Below are positions 62,844-64,000 of a stretch of 64,000 bases of DNA, piece after piece. This DNA comes from Gemmatimonadota bacterium (GTDB taxonomy: Bacteria; Gemmatimonadota; Gemmatimonadetes; Gemmatimonadales; Gemmatimonadaceae), in contig JAZJZK010000022.1 in assembly GCA_040389905.1 (NCBI GenBank), positions 1 through 64,000 of the forward strand, given 5' to 3'. The position numbers and the translations under genes were made by a program. Positions within the stretch are counted from its first letter, which is position 1, and each line of letters opens with the position of its first letter. The notes below the pieces were generated by a model. It saw only the letters and a list, made by a program, of their open reading frames with translations, did not search any database and was not told the origin of the DNA.

Positions 62844-64000
62844 ATGCGTCGGATGAATTCTGGAATGATCGGAGCTGTCTCGCTGGCAATCATCGGTTGC
62901 GCCGGAAGCACCACGCAGATGCCGGCCTCCGCGTCGTCCGAGGACGCGGTTCTCGCGAAGGCACGCGGCATCCACGACCGTGTGATGACGGCCGACACCC
63001 ACGTCGATATCGATGCTGGTGCGTTTCGCGTCGGTGAACTGAACTACGGCCAGCGACTGAGTTCCCAGGTCGACTTGACCAAAATGGAGGCGGGCGGCCT
63101 CGACGCGGTGTTCGTCTCCATCTACGTCGGTCAGGGCGCGCTCGACTCGGCGGGCTTTGCGCGCGCGTACGCCACGGACACGGCGAAGTTCAACGCCGTG
63201 CATACGCTTGCCGAGAAGATTGCTCCCTCTCGGATCGCGATCGCGTACACTGCTGACGACGCGCGGCGAATCTACGCCAGCGGCAAGAAGGTCGCGTTCA
63301 TGGGCGTCGAGAACGGCTATGGAATTGCCAACGACATCACGCGAGTGAAGGAGTTCTACGATCGCGGCGCGCGGTACATGTCACTCGCCCACAATGGCCA
63401 CAGCCAGCTGTCCGATTCGAACACCGGTGAAGCCACCAACGATTGGATGTGGCACGGATTGTCGCCACTCGGCAAGCAGGTGATCGCCGAAATGAATCGG
63501 CTTGGCATCATGATCGACGTGTCGCATCCGTCGAAGGAGTCGATGATGCAGGCCATCGCGATGTCGAAGGCCCCGATCATGGCGTCGCACTCCGGAGTGC
63601 GCGCACTCTGCAACGTCTCGCGCAACCTCGACGACGAGCAGCTGAAGGCGATGGCGAAGAATGGCGGTGTGGTCCAGATGGTCGCCTTTCGCAGCTATGT
63701 GAAGTGTGACCCTGCCTCGACAACCGCGCGCACCCAGGCGATTGCGGCACTGAACACCGAATTCGGCCTCACCGTGCCGACCGGTCGTGGTGGAGGTGCC
63801 GGCGGCCGAGGTGCGGGCGGAGGCGGCGGTGGGCGTGGTGGACCTGTCGCTGGCGCACCGGGAATGGCGTGTGGTGCTCCCGCTGCTGGTGGCGGACGCG
63901 CAGGCGGCACCGCGGCGGCGCTCGACTCGCTCGTGGCTGCGCTACCGCCGGGGCGCCGGCAACAGTACCTCGACAAGCAGCGCGCGATCAACGAGAAGTA
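62844..64000 (+). CDS. Membrane dipeptidase (M19) lipoprotein, runs off window end
   Basis: Translated by eye (absent from ORF track): RBS AAGGAG, MRRMNSG..AIIGC, DTHVD, GVENG, SLAHNG, DVSH, ASHS. Confidence 0.88.
   Translation, partial: MRRMNSGMIGAVSLAIIGCAGSTTQMPASASSEDAVLAKARGIHDRVMTADTHVDIDAGAFRVGELNYGQRLSSQVDLTKMEAGGLDAVFVSIYVGQGALDSAGFARAYATDTAKFNAVHTLAEKIAPSRIAIAYTADDARRIYASGKKVAFMGVENGYGIANDITRVKEFYDRGARYMSLAHNGHSQLSDSNTGEATNDWMWHGLSPLGKQVIAEMNRLGIMIDVSHPSKESMMQAIAMSKAPIMASHSGVRALCNVSRNLDDEQLKAMAKNGGVVQMVAFRSYVKCDPASTTARTQAIAALNTEFGLTVPTGRGGGAGGRGAGGGGGGRGGPVAGAPGMACGAPAAGGGRAGGTAAALDSLVAALPPGRRQQYLDKQRAINEK

Overview
GC-rich bacterial chromosomal window, almost all minus-strand housekeeping genes. 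Gene order and protein style suggest Gemmatimonadota (inference only). Contents: tRNA-Ser, tadA, clpB, selB, recO; a cobalamin-riboswitch-led btuFCDB-like operon; metK; a complete mannose-class PTS with ptsI/ptsH/hprK; nusB and ribDEBAH; purM, argS, a split methylmalonyl-CoA mutase, fbp, comEC, miaB, cdd-deoB-alr, mazG, asnS, recG, ftsY; secreted peptidases and a TonB-dependent receptor. The most notable locus is a two-gene cassette (MurF-Alr fusion plus Ala-Glu-type dipeptide epimerase) bounded by a 24-bp imperfect direct repeat. It sits beside the resident alr, whose PLP-binding lysine is replaced by Met. Also seen: an in-frame amber stop in yigZ, several unrelated long palindromic intergenic elements built of short tandem units, a dispersed REP-like family in full, half and collapsed forms, and repeated -10 boxes 5-6 nt before start codons (leaderless pattern). 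No CRISPR array, rRNA, transposase or integrase was recognised.
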